The notes under the pieces were generated by a model. It was not told the origin of the DNA. It made no database searches and worked only from the letters and a program-made list of their open reading frames with translations. Below, in pieces: positions 39,014-49,501 of a stretch of DNA of 64,000 nt. The stretch is taken from contig OZ241362.1 of NCBI GenBank assembly GCA_965200315.1, positions 4,128,001 to 4,192,000 on the forward strand, in the 5' to 3' direction. Made by a program: the position numbers and the translations under genes. Within the stretch, counting starts at the first letter, position 1. Every line of letters begins with the position of its first letter. This stretch comes from Candidatus Latescibacterota bacterium (GTDB taxonomy: Bacteria > Latescibacterota > UBA2968 > UBA8231).

Positions 39014-39331
39014 ATGAAAACCAACGAGAAAACTCAGTACCTCAACACCGCCTCTGGCGGTGCCAAGATGCGCGTTGTGCTTAGGGCCGGCCGGGTCATC
39101 GACGCGCGCCAGCGCTTCGCCGCTTTGCGGCGCGGCCTAGACAGCGGGACGCTGCCGCCCACACCGGGCGGACGGCAGCGGGTCTGCGCGACATTCACCA
39201 AGCCAACCAAGGACCTCATCGCAAGGAGCAAGACCACTATGCGACGCGAGATCATCAACCAAGGACTGATGTACGTACTCATCAGCCTCTTTGTATTCGC
39301 GATGATGCCGCTCCTGCGCTTCCTCAGCTAA
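39014..39331 (+). CDS. Hypothetical basic protein with C-terminal TM helix
   Basis: ATG downstream of a near-consensus promoter; hydrophobic C-terminus LMYVLISLFVFAMMPLL. Confidence 0.5.
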   Translation: MKTNEKTQYLNTASGGAKMRVVLRAGRVIDARQRFAALRRGLDSGTLPPTPGGRQRVCATFTKPTKDLIARSKTTMRREIINQGLMYVLISLFVFAMMPLLRFLS

Positions 39332-39435
39332 TGGCTCTTTGACGCGCAGCGGCATTGCAAAACCGGCCTAGGGCAGCGGCCGCGACCGCTGTCTTAGGCC
39401 CCATTAACCCCTCAACTTTAGGACGCAGAAAAAAC

Positions 39436-41889
39436 ATGCAAAACTGCAAGACAAACGCTTGCTTTAGGCTTATCAACTGGTTGTGTTGCTTAGGCTCGGT
39501 GGCCTGTGCAGTCCTCGGCCCCCGCGTTCTGCACGCCCACCAAGCGCCGGACCGTGCGCTCGACGCCGTGCGCCTAGAAGGTGCTCGTCCGCAGATCGAC
39601 GGCGTGCTCGACGATCCGGTGTGGCAGCAAGCCCCAATTTTTACGGGTTTTGTCCAGCGCGAGCCCGAAGAAGGGCAGCCGGCGAGCGAAAAGACCACCG
39701 TACAGTTGGCCTACGACGACGAGGCCCTCTACGTGGGGGTCATGGCCTACGATTCGGCACCCGAGCAGATCGTCTCGCGCTTGGTGCGCCGCGACCAGTG
39801 GCCCGAAGCCGATTGGATCCAAATTAGCTTAGACACGCATCACGATCACCAGACGGGCTACGCCTTTACAGTGTATGCCGGCGGGTCGATCTACGACGCT
39901 GTAATCCGGGATTACGGTTGGGACAACGACACTTGGAACGGCGTGTGGGAATCCGCGCATAGCATCGGCGCACAGGGGTGGAGCGTGGAGTTTGCCATTC
40001 CGCTCCACAACCTCCGCTTTAGCAGCGGCGGGGACTGGGGCATCAACATCGCCCGCTACATCAGCCGCAAGAAGGAACAAGCCTTCTGGGTTATGGTTCC
40101 GCGCAAAGAAAGCGGCTGGGTCTCGCGCTTTGCCCACTTGGAGGGCTTGGCGGACATCGAATCTAAGCGCACACTGGAGCTTTTGCCCTACTCGGTGGGC
40201 CGCTCCACCTTTGCCGGGGCGCGCAAATCATTCGGCAATGTCGGCGCAGACTTGCGCTATGGGCTGTCGTCGAATATGTCGCTCAACGCCACGATCAACC
40301 CGGATTTCGGCCAAGTGGAAGCCGACCCGGCCGAGCTCAACTTGTCGGTCTTTGAGACGTTCCAAGAAGAGCACCGCCCTTTCTTCGTGGAGGACAGCGA
40401 GGCGTTCAACACCCCAATCGACCTGTTCTACTCGCGGCGCATTGGCCGCCAGCCCGGCTATCACGCGCTGCCCGACGGGCACTCTGCCCTCGACGAGAGC
40501 GAGTCCACCACCATTCTCGGTGCGGCCAAGCTGACGGGCAAGACCGCGTCTAAGACCACCTTCGGCCTGCTGACAGCCCTTACCGCCAAGGAGTACGCAC
40601 GCATTGCAACGACCGTGGTGCGCGAGGTATCCGGCGAGCAATCTCAAGGGCACCGCGCCTTCCTCGTCGAGCCGCGCACCCACTTTCTCGTCGGCCGCGT
40701 CAAGCAGGATCTATTTGCTGGCAACTCGCACATCGGCCTCTTGGGCACGGCCGTGCAGCGCGCCCGCGCCCGCGACGCCTATACCGGCGGCGTGGATTGG
40801 ACCCTCAAGTGGCGCGACAACGGCTACACCTTTTGGGGCCAGCTCGCCGGCAGCCGCGCCACAGTGGATGACCAACGTCGCAGTGGTTTGGGCAATATGG
40901 CGGTCTTGAGCAAGAACAGCGGCTGGTTGCGCGGCGAGCTTTGGTGGGAGGCCTATTCGCGGCATTTCGAGATCAGCGACCTAGGCTTCCAATGGCGCAG
41001 CGACTTCTACAACCCTTGGCTCTGGGTCCAGCTACGCAAGGAAGAAGACTGGGCCATCTTCCGCCGCAGTTTCTACAATTTCAACCGCTGGGGCACTTGG
41101 AACTTCGACCGCACCAACCTGCAAAACGGCTTTGACTTCAACACTCACCACCAGCTCAAAAACTACTGGTGGGTCCACTTCGACTACTACCATCTGTGGC
41201 GGTCCTTCGACGATCTCGACACGCGCGGCGGCCCCCTAATCGCGAGGCCGGCAAACGACGGCTTTGCGATTGAGCTGGAAAGCGACGACCGCTTCATGGT
41301 CAGCGGCTGGGTCGAGTTTGAATGGGAGAACAACTCGGTCGGCAGCACCCGCCGCGAAGTTTCCGGCAGCATCCGCATCCGGCCGACCTCGCGGTTTGAA
41401 GTCAGCCTGCGGCCGCGCTATAACTGGGCTTTCAACGATGCCCAGTGGGTCGAAAACTTCGATGCGGACGCCGACGGCGAAGACGATCAATTCACGTATG
41501 GGGAGCTAGACAGCCAAACCCTCGATCTGACGACGCGGGCCAACATCCTCTTCAGCCGCGACTTGAGCTTGGAGCTCTATGTGCAGCCTTTTATTAGCGC
41601 GGGCCAGTACGCCAACTTCAAGGAATTGGCACAGCCGCGTTCCTACTCGTTTGTCGCGCATCCCGGCCCAGCGAAAAGCCCTGATTTTCGCAACCGCTCC
41701 CTGCACAGCAACGCCGTCCTGCGCTGGGAGTACAAACCGGGTAGCACCCTTTTCGTCGTGTGGTCGCAGTTCCGCGACTCCGACTCCGACATGGGCGCAT
41801 TTCGCCCCGGGTACAACCTGCGGCGCAGCTTTGTCGATGAGGGGACCAATATCTTCTTGGTGAAGCTCAACTATTGGCTGCACATCTAG
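39436..41889 (+). CDS. CBM9-like plus DUF5916 outer-membrane beta-barrel protein
   Basis: IDGVLDDPVW, LAYDDEALYV, TINPDFGQVEAD, RPFFVE, LFYSRRIG, C-terminal KLNYW. Start uncertain. Confidence 0.85.
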   Translation: MQNCKTNACFRLINWLCCLGSVACAVLGPRVLHAHQAPDRALDAVRLEGARPQIDGVLDDPVWQQAPIFTGFVQREPEEGQPASEKTTVQLAYDDEALYVGVMAYDSAPEQIVSRLVRRDQWPEADWIQISLDTHHDHQTGYAFTVYAGGSIYDAVIRDYGWDNDTWNGVWESAHSIGAQGWSVEFAIPLHNLRFSSGGDWGINIARYISRKKEQAFWVMVPRKESGWVSRFAHLEGLADIESKRTLELLPYSVGRSTFAGARKSFGNVGADLRYGLSSNMSLNATINPDFGQVEADPAELNLSVFETFQEEHRPFFVEDSEAFNTPIDLFYSRRIGRQPGYHALPDGHSALDESESTTILGAAKLTGKTASKTTFGLLTALTAKEYARIATTVVREVSGEQSQGHRAFLVEPRTHFLVGRVKQDLFAGNSHIGLLGTAVQRARARDAYTGGVDWTLKWRDNGYTFWGQLAGSRATVDDQRRSGLGNMAVLSKNSGWLRGELWWEAYSRHFEISDLGFQWRSDFYNPWLWVQLRKEEDWAIFRRSFYNFNRWGTWNFDRTNLQNGFDFNTHHQLKNYWWVHFDYYHLWRSFDDLDTRGGPLIARPANDGFAIELESDDRFMVSGWVEFEWENNSVGSTRREVSGSIRIRPTSRFEVSLRPRYNWAFNDAQWVENFDADADGEDDQFTYGELDSQTLDLTTRANILFSRDLSLELYVQPFISAGQYANFKELAQPRSYSFVAHPGPAKSPDFRNRSLHSNAVLRWEYKPGSTLFVVWSQFRDSDSDMGAFRPGYNLRRSFVDEGTNIFLVKLNYWLHI

Positions 41890-41895
41890 CACTTG

Positions 41896-41933
41896 GCCCC
41901 TGCCGCGCAAGTTTGCGGTAGGGGCTTTTTTTT
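41896..41933 (+). terminator. Intrinsic terminator
   Basis: GCCCCTGCCGC...GCGGTAGGGGC plus T8. Confidence 0.85.
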
Positions 41934-43002
41934 ATTCGTGGGATCGGGGAGCCTCTAAAAAGCGCCACAGCGCGTCGAAGCGCACCCCATCAATCGGCTC
42001 TCGCAGCACCGAGTTGACGCCTTTTTCCGCCATGTAATGCGGCGCAAACGCCAGCCCCTTGTGCAGGGCCGTGCGCTCCAGCCCCATTTGCCTAGGCCGC
42101 CAGCGCACCCGACAACGGTCCAGCCGCTTGGCCAACCCCGCCGTATCCCCCGCGCAGCACCAAGTGATGATCATCGCCCCCAAGGCCACGAGTTCGCCGT
42201 GGACCCAAGTGCGTTGGTTGGCCGTCTCCAGCGCGATCCAGAACGGATGGTCGCCGCTTTCTGTGGGGGCTTGCAACTGCTGGCTATCGCGCTCCTTAAT
42301 CTGCTGAGCGATGTGGGCCGCGCTCGCTGCCGTCATGCGCCCGTTGGCATCGAGTGTTGCGGCAAAAGAACGGGCGATTGACTCGTGATGGGCTACCTGC
42401 TGAGCCGCCAGTGCCGGGTCGAACGCCGCCCCTTGCCCCCGTGCCGCCCGCCGCCGCCACTCCTCCAGCCCCGCATGGCCGCAGAGGATGTCGCCTAGCC
42501 CGGCCGTGTGCAAGTAATCAGGTGCCTTGAGGACCACATCGACGTCTACGAGCACGTATTGGCAATCTACCCACGGCCAGTCGTCCAAACCGCCCACGGT
42601 CTGATAGCCGTCCCACCGCGCCACGTGGCTGTGGATGATCGCCCCGGAAGAAAGGATCGTCGGCACCAAAATCAGCTCGGCGTCCTTGTCCAGAGCCACG
42701 AACTTAGAGGCGTCGAGAGCTTTGCCGCCGCCCAAGCCGATGACCAGCTCGATTGCGGGTGGCAGCCGGTCGCTGAGCTCCTGCTGATGCGCCGAGTCCA
42801 GCCACTCGGCAAAGACCACGCCCGCTGGCTCGCGCACGAGGTATTCTCGGGCAGCCGCGTACGCGCTGGGCGTGGAGACAATCGCATACGCCGGCCAGTG
42901 GGCGCTTTCTCGTTGCAACAAGCCGCGGGCGACGCGCATGTCGTATTCAGCCGCTGGTTTGCACTGGCCGCCCATGGACCAGCCTCGATTGGTTTTAGGC
43001 AT
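41932..43002 (-). CDS. Glycerol-1-phosphate dehydrogenase-like (EgsA/AraM, Fe-ADH_2) protein
   Basis: GLGGGKALDASK, VPTILS, AGLGDIL, SGDH, HGELVALG. Confidence 0.65.
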   Translation of the reverse strand: MPKTNRGWSMGGQCKPAAEYDMRVARGLLQRESAHWPAYAIVSTPSAYAAAREYLVREPAGVVFAEWLDSAHQQELSDRLPPAIELVIGLGGGKALDASKFVALDKDAELILVPTILSSGAIIHSHVARWDGYQTVGGLDDWPWVDCQYVLVDVDVVLKAPDYLHTAGLGDILCGHAGLEEWRRRAARGQGAAFDPALAAQQVAHHESIARSFAATLDANGRMTAASAAHIAQQIKERDSQQLQAPTESGDHPFWIALETANQRTWVHGELVALGAMIITWCCAGDTAGLAKRLDRCRVRWRPRQMGLERTALHKGLAFAPHYMAEKGVNSVLREPIDGVRFDALWRFLEAPRSHE

Positions 43003-43219
43003 TTGTTCTCCTAGCTTCTTAGGCAAAGCAAACCATTGTTTTTGTGATTGCTCTTGCACAACAATATACAAGCCCTTTTTTCGCCGCCAACGCATCTTTC
43101 CGAGTCCAAAATCCTATGTTTACTGCCCACATAGCCCGCACCGAGGCGAGCGGTTTTGAAGGCCATCGCAAAATGCCGATATTGTGCAACAGCACTCGTC
43201 CCCTCACAGGTTTGCTGTC

Positions 43220-44170
43220 ATGCGCTCTCTGTTGCTGTTCTTCGCCCTCGTTTTTGCGGGCTGCTATGCGGCCTCGCTCGGGCCCGATCCCCTAGGCCAT
43301 TTTGCCGCACGCACCGACCACCTCCACCGCCTAGAGCCGCTCGGCGAGCGCGTCTTGCACGGAGCCGCGCTCAGCTTTGGGCCGCTCGATCTTGAAGAGC
43401 GCCCGCTGGTCTATGCCGTGTACTACGAGCTCCACGACCTGCCCTACGAATGGCATCTATCTTTGCTCCCTCATCTGGACCAGTACGCAGGCTATGGTCT
43501 GCCGCAAATTGACCTCGGTTTTAACGCGGCCGGCCAGCCCTACGAGGCGGCCATTGCCGAAGGTCAACTCGACGAGGCGATTGAGCGGCTTTGCTGGGGG
43601 TTACAGCAGCTAAACCGTCCGGCCTTGCTGCGGTTGGGCTATGCGTTCAATAGCTCTTGGCGCGCCTATGAGGCAACGAGTTACGTCGAGGCTTGGCAGC
43701 GAGTAGCGCAAACGCTGCGGGGTCGCTGGGGTTTGGACAACGTCGCCCTGCTCTGGACTCAGAAGGACGACGGCGGCTCCGATTACTTGGCCTACTATCC
43801 GGGGGATGAGTACGTCGATTGGTGGTCGATTGACGTGGCTGCGCCACAAGACCTGCGCCGCAGCCGCGCCTTTATCGAGGCGGCTCAGGATCACGGCTAC
43901 CCTGTGCTCGTCGGCGTGGTCACGCCCATTACCACCGACCTAGGCCGGGCCGAGCAGGCGTGGACTCATTGGTTCGTCCCCTTCCTCCGCCTTTTGCGGC
44001 ACCATCCCAACATCAAGGCATTTACTTATATAGATTGGGACTGGTCGCAGACGGAGCGCTTTGTCGATCCCGTGCTCTTTGCGCGCTACCGCAACGAACT
44101 GATGCACCCGATTTACCAACACGTGGTCTCGCCCGCCGATTTGCACTGGCACCTAAACCTCAATCCTTAG
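43220..44170 (+). CDS. GH26-like lipoprotein (possibly non-catalytic)
   Basis: Lipobox FAGC; LRLGYAFN (family R.GYEFN), YYPGDEYVDW, PVLVGV (family P.MI.E). Confidence 0.7.
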   Translation: MRSLLLFFALVFAGCYAASLGPDPLGHFAARTDHLHRLEPLGERVLHGAALSFGPLDLEERPLVYAVYYELHDLPYEWHLSLLPHLDQYAGYGLPQIDLGFNAAGQPYEAAIAEGQLDEAIERLCWGLQQLNRPALLRLGYAFNSSWRAYEATSYVEAWQRVAQTLRGRWGLDNVALLWTQKDDGGSDYLAYYPGDEYVDWWSIDVAAPQDLRRSRAFIEAAQDHGYPVLVGVVTPITTDLGRAEQAWTHWFVPFLRLLRHHPNIKAFTYIDWDWSQTERFVDPVLFARYRNELMHPIYQHVVSPADLHWHLNLNP

Positions 44171-44186
44171 AGAAAGGACACAGCAG

Positions 44187-45065
44187 ATGGATAAAGTCGA
44201 TGTTCACGTTCACGTCTTCGACCGGCCGAGCGAGCGATTCCCCCGCGAGCTGAGCAGCCTCGCACCGGCCGACCGCGCCTGTCCCATAGAATCGCTCATA
44301 GCGGACATGGACGCCGCCGGGATCGACCGCGCCGTGCTGATCGAAATGAACGGCACCCAAATAGCGCAACACGCATACGTCACGCATTGCGTACGGACGT
44401 GGCCGGACCGCTTTACGGCTACGGGCTTGATCGACCTCGACGACCCGGACCCGCCCACTCGCCTGCGCGAGCTCGTCGCCGCCACCGGCATTGAGGGCAT
44501 TCGGCTGGGGGCGTTGGGCGACCCGGCCGCCCAGCGGGCCGAAGACCTGTCGGCCTACGCGCTCTTTGCGTGTGCCGACGAGCTGGGGCTCAACATCAAC
44601 ATCTACACCGGCGGAGCCCAGCTGCCCTGCATCGAGCTGCTGGCCGCGGCCTTCCCCGGCGTGAACATTTCCCTCGACCATCTCGGGGTGATGCCAACCA
44701 CGCCCGGCGGGTCAGACCGCTGGGGTCGCCCCCGCTTCGACGCCGAGCCGCTGCCGCCGGCCAACTATCCGCAAGTGATGGCGCTGGCTCGCTTGCCCAA
44801 CGTCTATGTCAAAATTTCCGGGGAATACGCGTTTTCTAAGCAGCCTTGGCCTTACGCGGACATGCAGTCCATGGTCGAGGACGTGTATCGGGCCTACGGC
44901 GCAGATCGGATGATGTGGTGTACGGATTCGCCGTGGATTGTGGTGGAGCCGGGCTACCAGAAACTGGTGGATTTGCTCGACTGCCATCTGCCGAATATCT
45001 CGGCCGCGGAAAAGGAGATGATTATGGGCGGGACGGCGCTGAAGCTGTGGTTTAAGGGGCGCTAG
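44187..45065 (+). CDS. Amidohydrolase_2 family protein
   Basis: DVHVHVF, LDHLG, NVYVKISG, MWCTDSPW. Confidence 0.88.
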   Translation: MDKVDVHVHVFDRPSERFPRELSSLAPADRACPIESLIADMDAAGIDRAVLIEMNGTQIAQHAYVTHCVRTWPDRFTATGLIDLDDPDPPTRLRELVAATGIEGIRLGALGDPAAQRAEDLSAYALFACADELGLNINIYTGGAQLPCIELLAAAFPGVNISLDHLGVMPTTPGGSDRWGRPRFDAEPLPPANYPQVMALARLPNVYVKISGEYAFSKQPWPYADMQSMVEDVYRAYGADRMMWCTDSPWIVVEPGYQKLVDLLDCHLPNISAAEKEMIMGGTALKLWFKGR

Positions 45066-45068
45066 GGC

Positions 45069-47505
45069 ATGGCACTAAAAAAGTCCCAACTCTACTCCTC
45101 GCTGTGGCAAAGCTGCGACGAGCTGCGCGGCGGCATGGACGCCTCCCAGTACAAGGACTACGTCCTGACGCTGCTGTTTATGAAGTACGTCTCGGACAAG
45201 TACACGCGCGATCCCGACGCGCTTATTGAAGTGCCGCTCGGCGGGGGTTTTGCCGACATGGTACGGCTCAAGGGCGACAAGGAGATCGGCGATCAACAAG
45301 ATCATCGGCCAACTCGCCGAGGCCAACGACCTCAAGGGCGTCATCGACCAAGCGGACTTCAACGACGAGAGCAAGCTCGGCACAGGGAAAGAAATGCAGG
45401 ATCGGCTCTCCAAGCTAGTCGCCATATTCGAGGGGCTCGACTTCCGCGCCAACCGCGCCGAGGGCGACGACTTACTCGGCGATGCCTACGAATACCTAAT
45501 GAGGCACTTTGCCACCGAGTCGGGCAAGATCAAGGGGCAGTTCTACACGCCGGCCGAAGTCTCGCGCATCATGGCCAAGGTGATCGGTATTGGCCCGGAT
45601 ACCCAACAGGACCAGACGATCTACGATCCGGCCTGTGGCTCCGGTTCGCTCTTGCTGAAGGCTGCGGACGAAGCACCGCACGGCATTAGCGTGTACGGCC
45701 AAGAGATGGACAACACCACCTATGCGCTGGCGCGGATGAACATGATCCTGCACGACCATGCGACCGCCGAACTCTGGCGCGGCAACACCTTGGCCGCCCC
45801 GCATTTCAAGAACCCGGACGACAGCCTCAAGACCTTTGACTTTGTCGTCGCCAATCCGCCCTTTTCCGCCAAGGCTTGGTCCAACGGCCTCGATCCGGCC
45901 AACGACGAGTTTGGACGTTTCGCCTACGGTATCCCACCGGCCAAAAACGGCGACTACGCCTTTCTCTTGCATCTCATCGCGTCGCTCAATAGCAGGGGCA
46001 AGGGCGCGATCATCCTGCCGCACGGCGTACTGTTTCGCGGCAATAAGGAAGCGGACATCCGCAAGAACCTCATCAAGCGTGGCTTCATCAAGGGCATCAT
46101 CGGCCTGCCGGCCAACCTGTTCTACGGCACGGGCATCCCGGCCTGCATCTTGGTGCTCGACAAGGAAAACGCCCACGCCCGCCAGGGCATCTTCCTGATC
46201 GACGCGAGCGGGGGCTTCCTCAAGGACGGCAACAAGAACCGCCTGCGCGCCCAAGACATCCACCGGATCGTCGATGTGTTCAACCGGCAGGTCGAGTTGC
46301 CGCGCTATGCCCGCATGGTGCCGCTGACCGAGATTGCCAGTCCGGCCAACGACTACAACCTCAACATCCCGCGCTACATCGATTCCAGCGAACCGGAAGA
46401 TCTGCACGATCTCGACGCGCATCTGCACGGTGGCATCCCCGACCGCGATCTCGACGCGCTCGCTGCCTACTGGGACGTCTTCCCCTCGCTGCGCGATGCC
46501 TTGTTCGTCGGCAACGGTCGCGCCGGCTACAGCGAGGCGTGTGTCGAGACGCCGCGCGTGAAAGCCGCCATCCTCGGGCACGGGGAGTTCAAGTCGTACG
46601 AGGAGCGAGTCGCGGATATTTTCGCCGCCTGGCGTGAGACGCACGAGCCAGCCCTCAAGGGACTGGAGCAAGACGCCAATCCCAAGGACATCATCCGCAC
46701 CTTGGCGGAGGACCTGCTGGAGAGGTTTGCCGGCTTACCCCTGCTCGACTCATACAACGTGTATCAGTGCCTGATGGACTATTGGGACGAGGTGATGCAG
46801 GACGACGTGTATCTCATTGCGGCGGATGGCTGGAGCGCGGCCGCCAAGCCACGCGGAATCGTCGAAGACAAAGGCAAGAAGATCAAGGAGACGGCCGATC
46901 TCACCATCAAGCGCAGGAAGTACAAGATGGACCTGATCCCTCCGGGGCGGGTCGTCGTGCGCTACTTTGCCGATGAACAGGACGCTATCGACTCGCTACA
47001 GGCCGAGCAGGAAGTCGCGGCCCGCGCGTTGGAGGAGTTCGTCGAAGAGCACAGCGGCGAGGAAGGCTTGCTGGCGGACGCGGTCAACGACAAGGGCAAG
47101 GTCACCAAAAGCGGCGTGATGGAGCGGCTCAAGGCCATCCGCTACGAGCCGGAAAGCACCGACGAACGCGCCGCCCTCAAGCATTGCCGGACCCTGATTG
47201 AAGCCGAGGCTGCGGCAGGCAAAGACGCCAAAAAGGCCCAAGCCGACTTGGACGAGCAGGTGCTGGCCCGCTACGCTGCGCTCACCGAAGCCGAGATCAA
47301 GACGCTGGTGGTTGAGGACAAGTGGTTCGCCCGCATCCGCGGTGCTATCGAGGGTGAGGTGCAGCGGCTGACCCAGCAACTTGCCGGGCGCGTGCAGGAA
47401 CTGGAAGAACGCTACGCCCGTCCCCTGCCGGGGCTGGGGCGGGAGGTGGAGGCGTTCGGCGCGAAGGTCGAGGGGCACCTGAAGCGGATGGGGATTGGGC
47501 TATGA
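45069..47505 (+). pseudogene. hsdM: Type I R-M methyltransferase subunit, frameshifted near 45291
   Basis: MALKKSQLYSSLW..CDELRGGMDASQYKDY...KEIG in one frame, then INKII...GQFYTP, YDPACGSG, ANPPF in the next frame. Confidence 0.9.
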
Positions 47506-47506
47506 G
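47463..47506 (+). repeat. 44-bp direct repeat (3' end of hsdM), copy 1
   Basis: 43/44 identical to 49291-49334. Confidence 0.9.
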
Positions 47507-47607
47507 GGAGGGATTCGTACCGTTGAATTCTGTATCCTTAAATAAGTGTAGTATGATGACCGGTCTCTGGCTGGCAACCTGAAGTCGTTCACTTTGGAGG
47601 AACAGTA

Positions 47608-47832
47608 ATGGCAGAGCAAATAACCGTGTCCGTTGATTCTGATGTAGCCAAATTCTACCGTTCGGCTTCTGATAATGAGCGTTGTAAATTGGATTTGCTT
47701 GTCAATTTGTGTTTGCGGGATGCGACAGAATCCGGGAAATCACTTAGGGACACGATGCTGGAAATCAGCCGCAACGCGCAACGGCGTGGTCTGACGCCGG
47801 AAATTTTGCAGTCCATCTTGGCCGACGAATGA
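47608..47832 (+). CDS. Putative antitoxin of a PIN-type TA pair
   Basis: GGAGG RBS; C-terminal A..RGLTPEIL..IL motif; overlaps a PIN gene start. Confidence 0.65.
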   Translation: MAEQITVSVDSDVAKFYRSASDNERCKLDLLVNLCLRDATESGKSLRDTMLEISRNAQRRGLTPEILQSILADE

Positions 47833-48038
47833 CCTGCTTCGTCTTCGATACAAACGTCATTATCAGTGCTTCACTCTTCAACGATTCCGTACCAGGGAGG
47901 GCGTTCATCCGGGCTTTGAATCGTGGAAGGATTCTGGTCCTTACTACCTTACGGCTGCTTTGGTGCAGCGAGCCATCGGTACATGGGTCAAACCGGACTG
48001 CGCTGCGGCGATTGAAGCAAGCAGACGATACCATCTGA
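47829..48038 (+). pseudogene. PIN-domain toxin, truncated
   Basis: FVFDTNVIISASLF N-terminus; similarity lost after about 37 aa. Confidence 0.7.
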
Positions 48039-48056
48039 AGCGGGGGCTAAGGTGCG

Positions 48057-49292
48057 ATGAAACGCACGGAACTTCTCGAACTGATAGCTGGCGGCGAGAA
48101 CTCTGGAGTGGAGTTCAAGCGGGATGATTTGCGTCCTGAGCAACTGGCGCGGGAGGTGGTGGCACTGGCCAATTTTCAGGGAGGGCGCGTCCTACTCGGA
48201 GTGGAAGACGACGGCACCATCACCGGCATCGAGAGAGACGATCTCGAACAGTGGGTGATGGATTCCGTGTTCGGGCGGGCGGTGCATCCGATGATACTGC
48301 CGTTCTACGAGGAAATTCCGATAGATGATGTTCGCCGCGTCGCGGTTATTACGCTCACGCAAGGTGCTACCAAACCTTATGTCGTCCGGTATCGCGGGCG
48401 GGAAGACATCTACGTCCGGGTTGGCAGTACCTCTCGGCTGGCTTCGCGCGAGCAGCAGGCGCGGCTTTTTGCTGCCGGCGGGTTGATTCACACGGAGCTG
48501 TTGCCCGTTTCCGGTAGCGGCCTGTGCGATTTGAGTCGGGAACGGCTGGCGGACTACCTCACTGCTATTGTCGGCGATCGGGAGGTGCCGGAGACCGATG
48601 CGGCGTGGAACGAGCGGCTTTGCGCACTGGGATTCATGGTTGAGCAGGAAGACGGGCCGCCTGCCTGTACGATCGCCGGGTCGATCTTGTTCGGCTATCG
48701 GCCGCGCCGCCTGTTGCGCCATGCTGGCATCCGCTGGATGTGCTTTGAGGGGCGGGAGAAAACCTATGATGCCATTGACGATCAAGTGATTGAAGGGCCG
48801 CTGGTCGATCTTTGGCAGGTGTTGTCAGGGGGGCGTGAACTGGTAGAGAAGGGGCTGATTGAACGCCTTGCCGATGCGATGCGGCCGTTCGTATCCGAGG
48901 AGGCTGGCCACGTGGAAGAGTCTATGCGCCGGGAACGACGCTGGCACTATCCGCTAGAAGCGCTGCGCGAAGGTGTTGTCAATGCGCTGACGCATCGGGA
49001 TTGGACGCGGTACGAGGCGATTGAGGTGGTTCGTTATGCGGACCGGATAGAGATACTCAGCCCTGGTGCGCTGCAAAACGGCATGACGGTCGAAAAGATG
49101 ATCGCTGGTCAACGGGTTCCGCGCAATCTTCTCATCTCTGAGACGTTGCGGGACTACAGCTATTCTGATGCACGTGGTATGGGGGTGCGAAACAAGATTA
49201 TTCCGTTGATGAGGGCGCACAACGGCGTTGACCCGGAGTTTGAGGCGACGGAGGACTACTTGAGGTTGACGCTACGCCGAGGCTCGGGGTGA
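48057..49292 (+). CDS. Schlafen/AlbA_2 plus HATPase-like (RecG-C-type) protein
   Basis: GENSGVEFK, ALANFQGG..LLGVEDDG, ALREGVVNALTHRD, IEILSPG, RGMG. Confidence 0.85.
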   Translation: MKRTELLELIAGGENSGVEFKRDDLRPEQLAREVVALANFQGGRVLLGVEDDGTITGIERDDLEQWVMDSVFGRAVHPMILPFYEEIPIDDVRRVAVITLTQGATKPYVVRYRGREDIYVRVGSTSRLASREQQARLFAAGGLIHTELLPVSGSGLCDLSRERLADYLTAIVGDREVPETDAAWNERLCALGFMVEQEDGPPACTIAGSILFGYRPRRLLRHAGIRWMCFEGREKTYDAIDDQVIEGPLVDLWQVLSGGRELVEKGLIERLADAMRPFVSEEAGHVEESMRRERRWHYPLEALREGVVNALTHRDWTRYEAIEVVRYADRIEILSPGALQNGMTVEKMIAGQRVPRNLLISETLRDYSYSDARGMGVRNKIIPLMRAHNGVDPEFEATEDYLRLTLRRGSG

Positions 49293-49334
49293 AGGTCGAC
49301 GGGCACCTGAAGCGGATGGGGATTGGGCTATGAG
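49291..49334 (+). repeat. 44-bp direct repeat, copy 2
   Basis: Matches the hsdM 3' end; its ATGA supplies the start of the next remnant. Confidence 0.9.
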
Positions 49335-49481
49335 CCAAACATTCGATTTCGAGAATCTCGGCGAGTTGTGTCGGCGAACCCACGAGGAAACACAACGCTC
49401 GGCACGCGAAACTATCTGTTCGGCTGGTATATCGTCGAGTATGAACAGCGTGGTGCGGATAGGGCGGAATATGGAGTGTGA
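49330..49481 (+). pseudogene. DUF1016/YhcG N-terminal remnant
   Basis: MSQTFDFENL...THEETQRSA / RNYLFGWYIVEYEQRGADRAEYG across a frameshift. Confidence 0.7.
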
Positions 49482-49501
49482 GCAATAAGAGACAAGAGAC
49501 C

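Noticed and set aside
45496-46671. 391-aa minus-strand ORF and similar long antisense ORFs (27518-28528, 15341-16264)
   Set aside because: GC-rich antisense shadows of well-supported genes.
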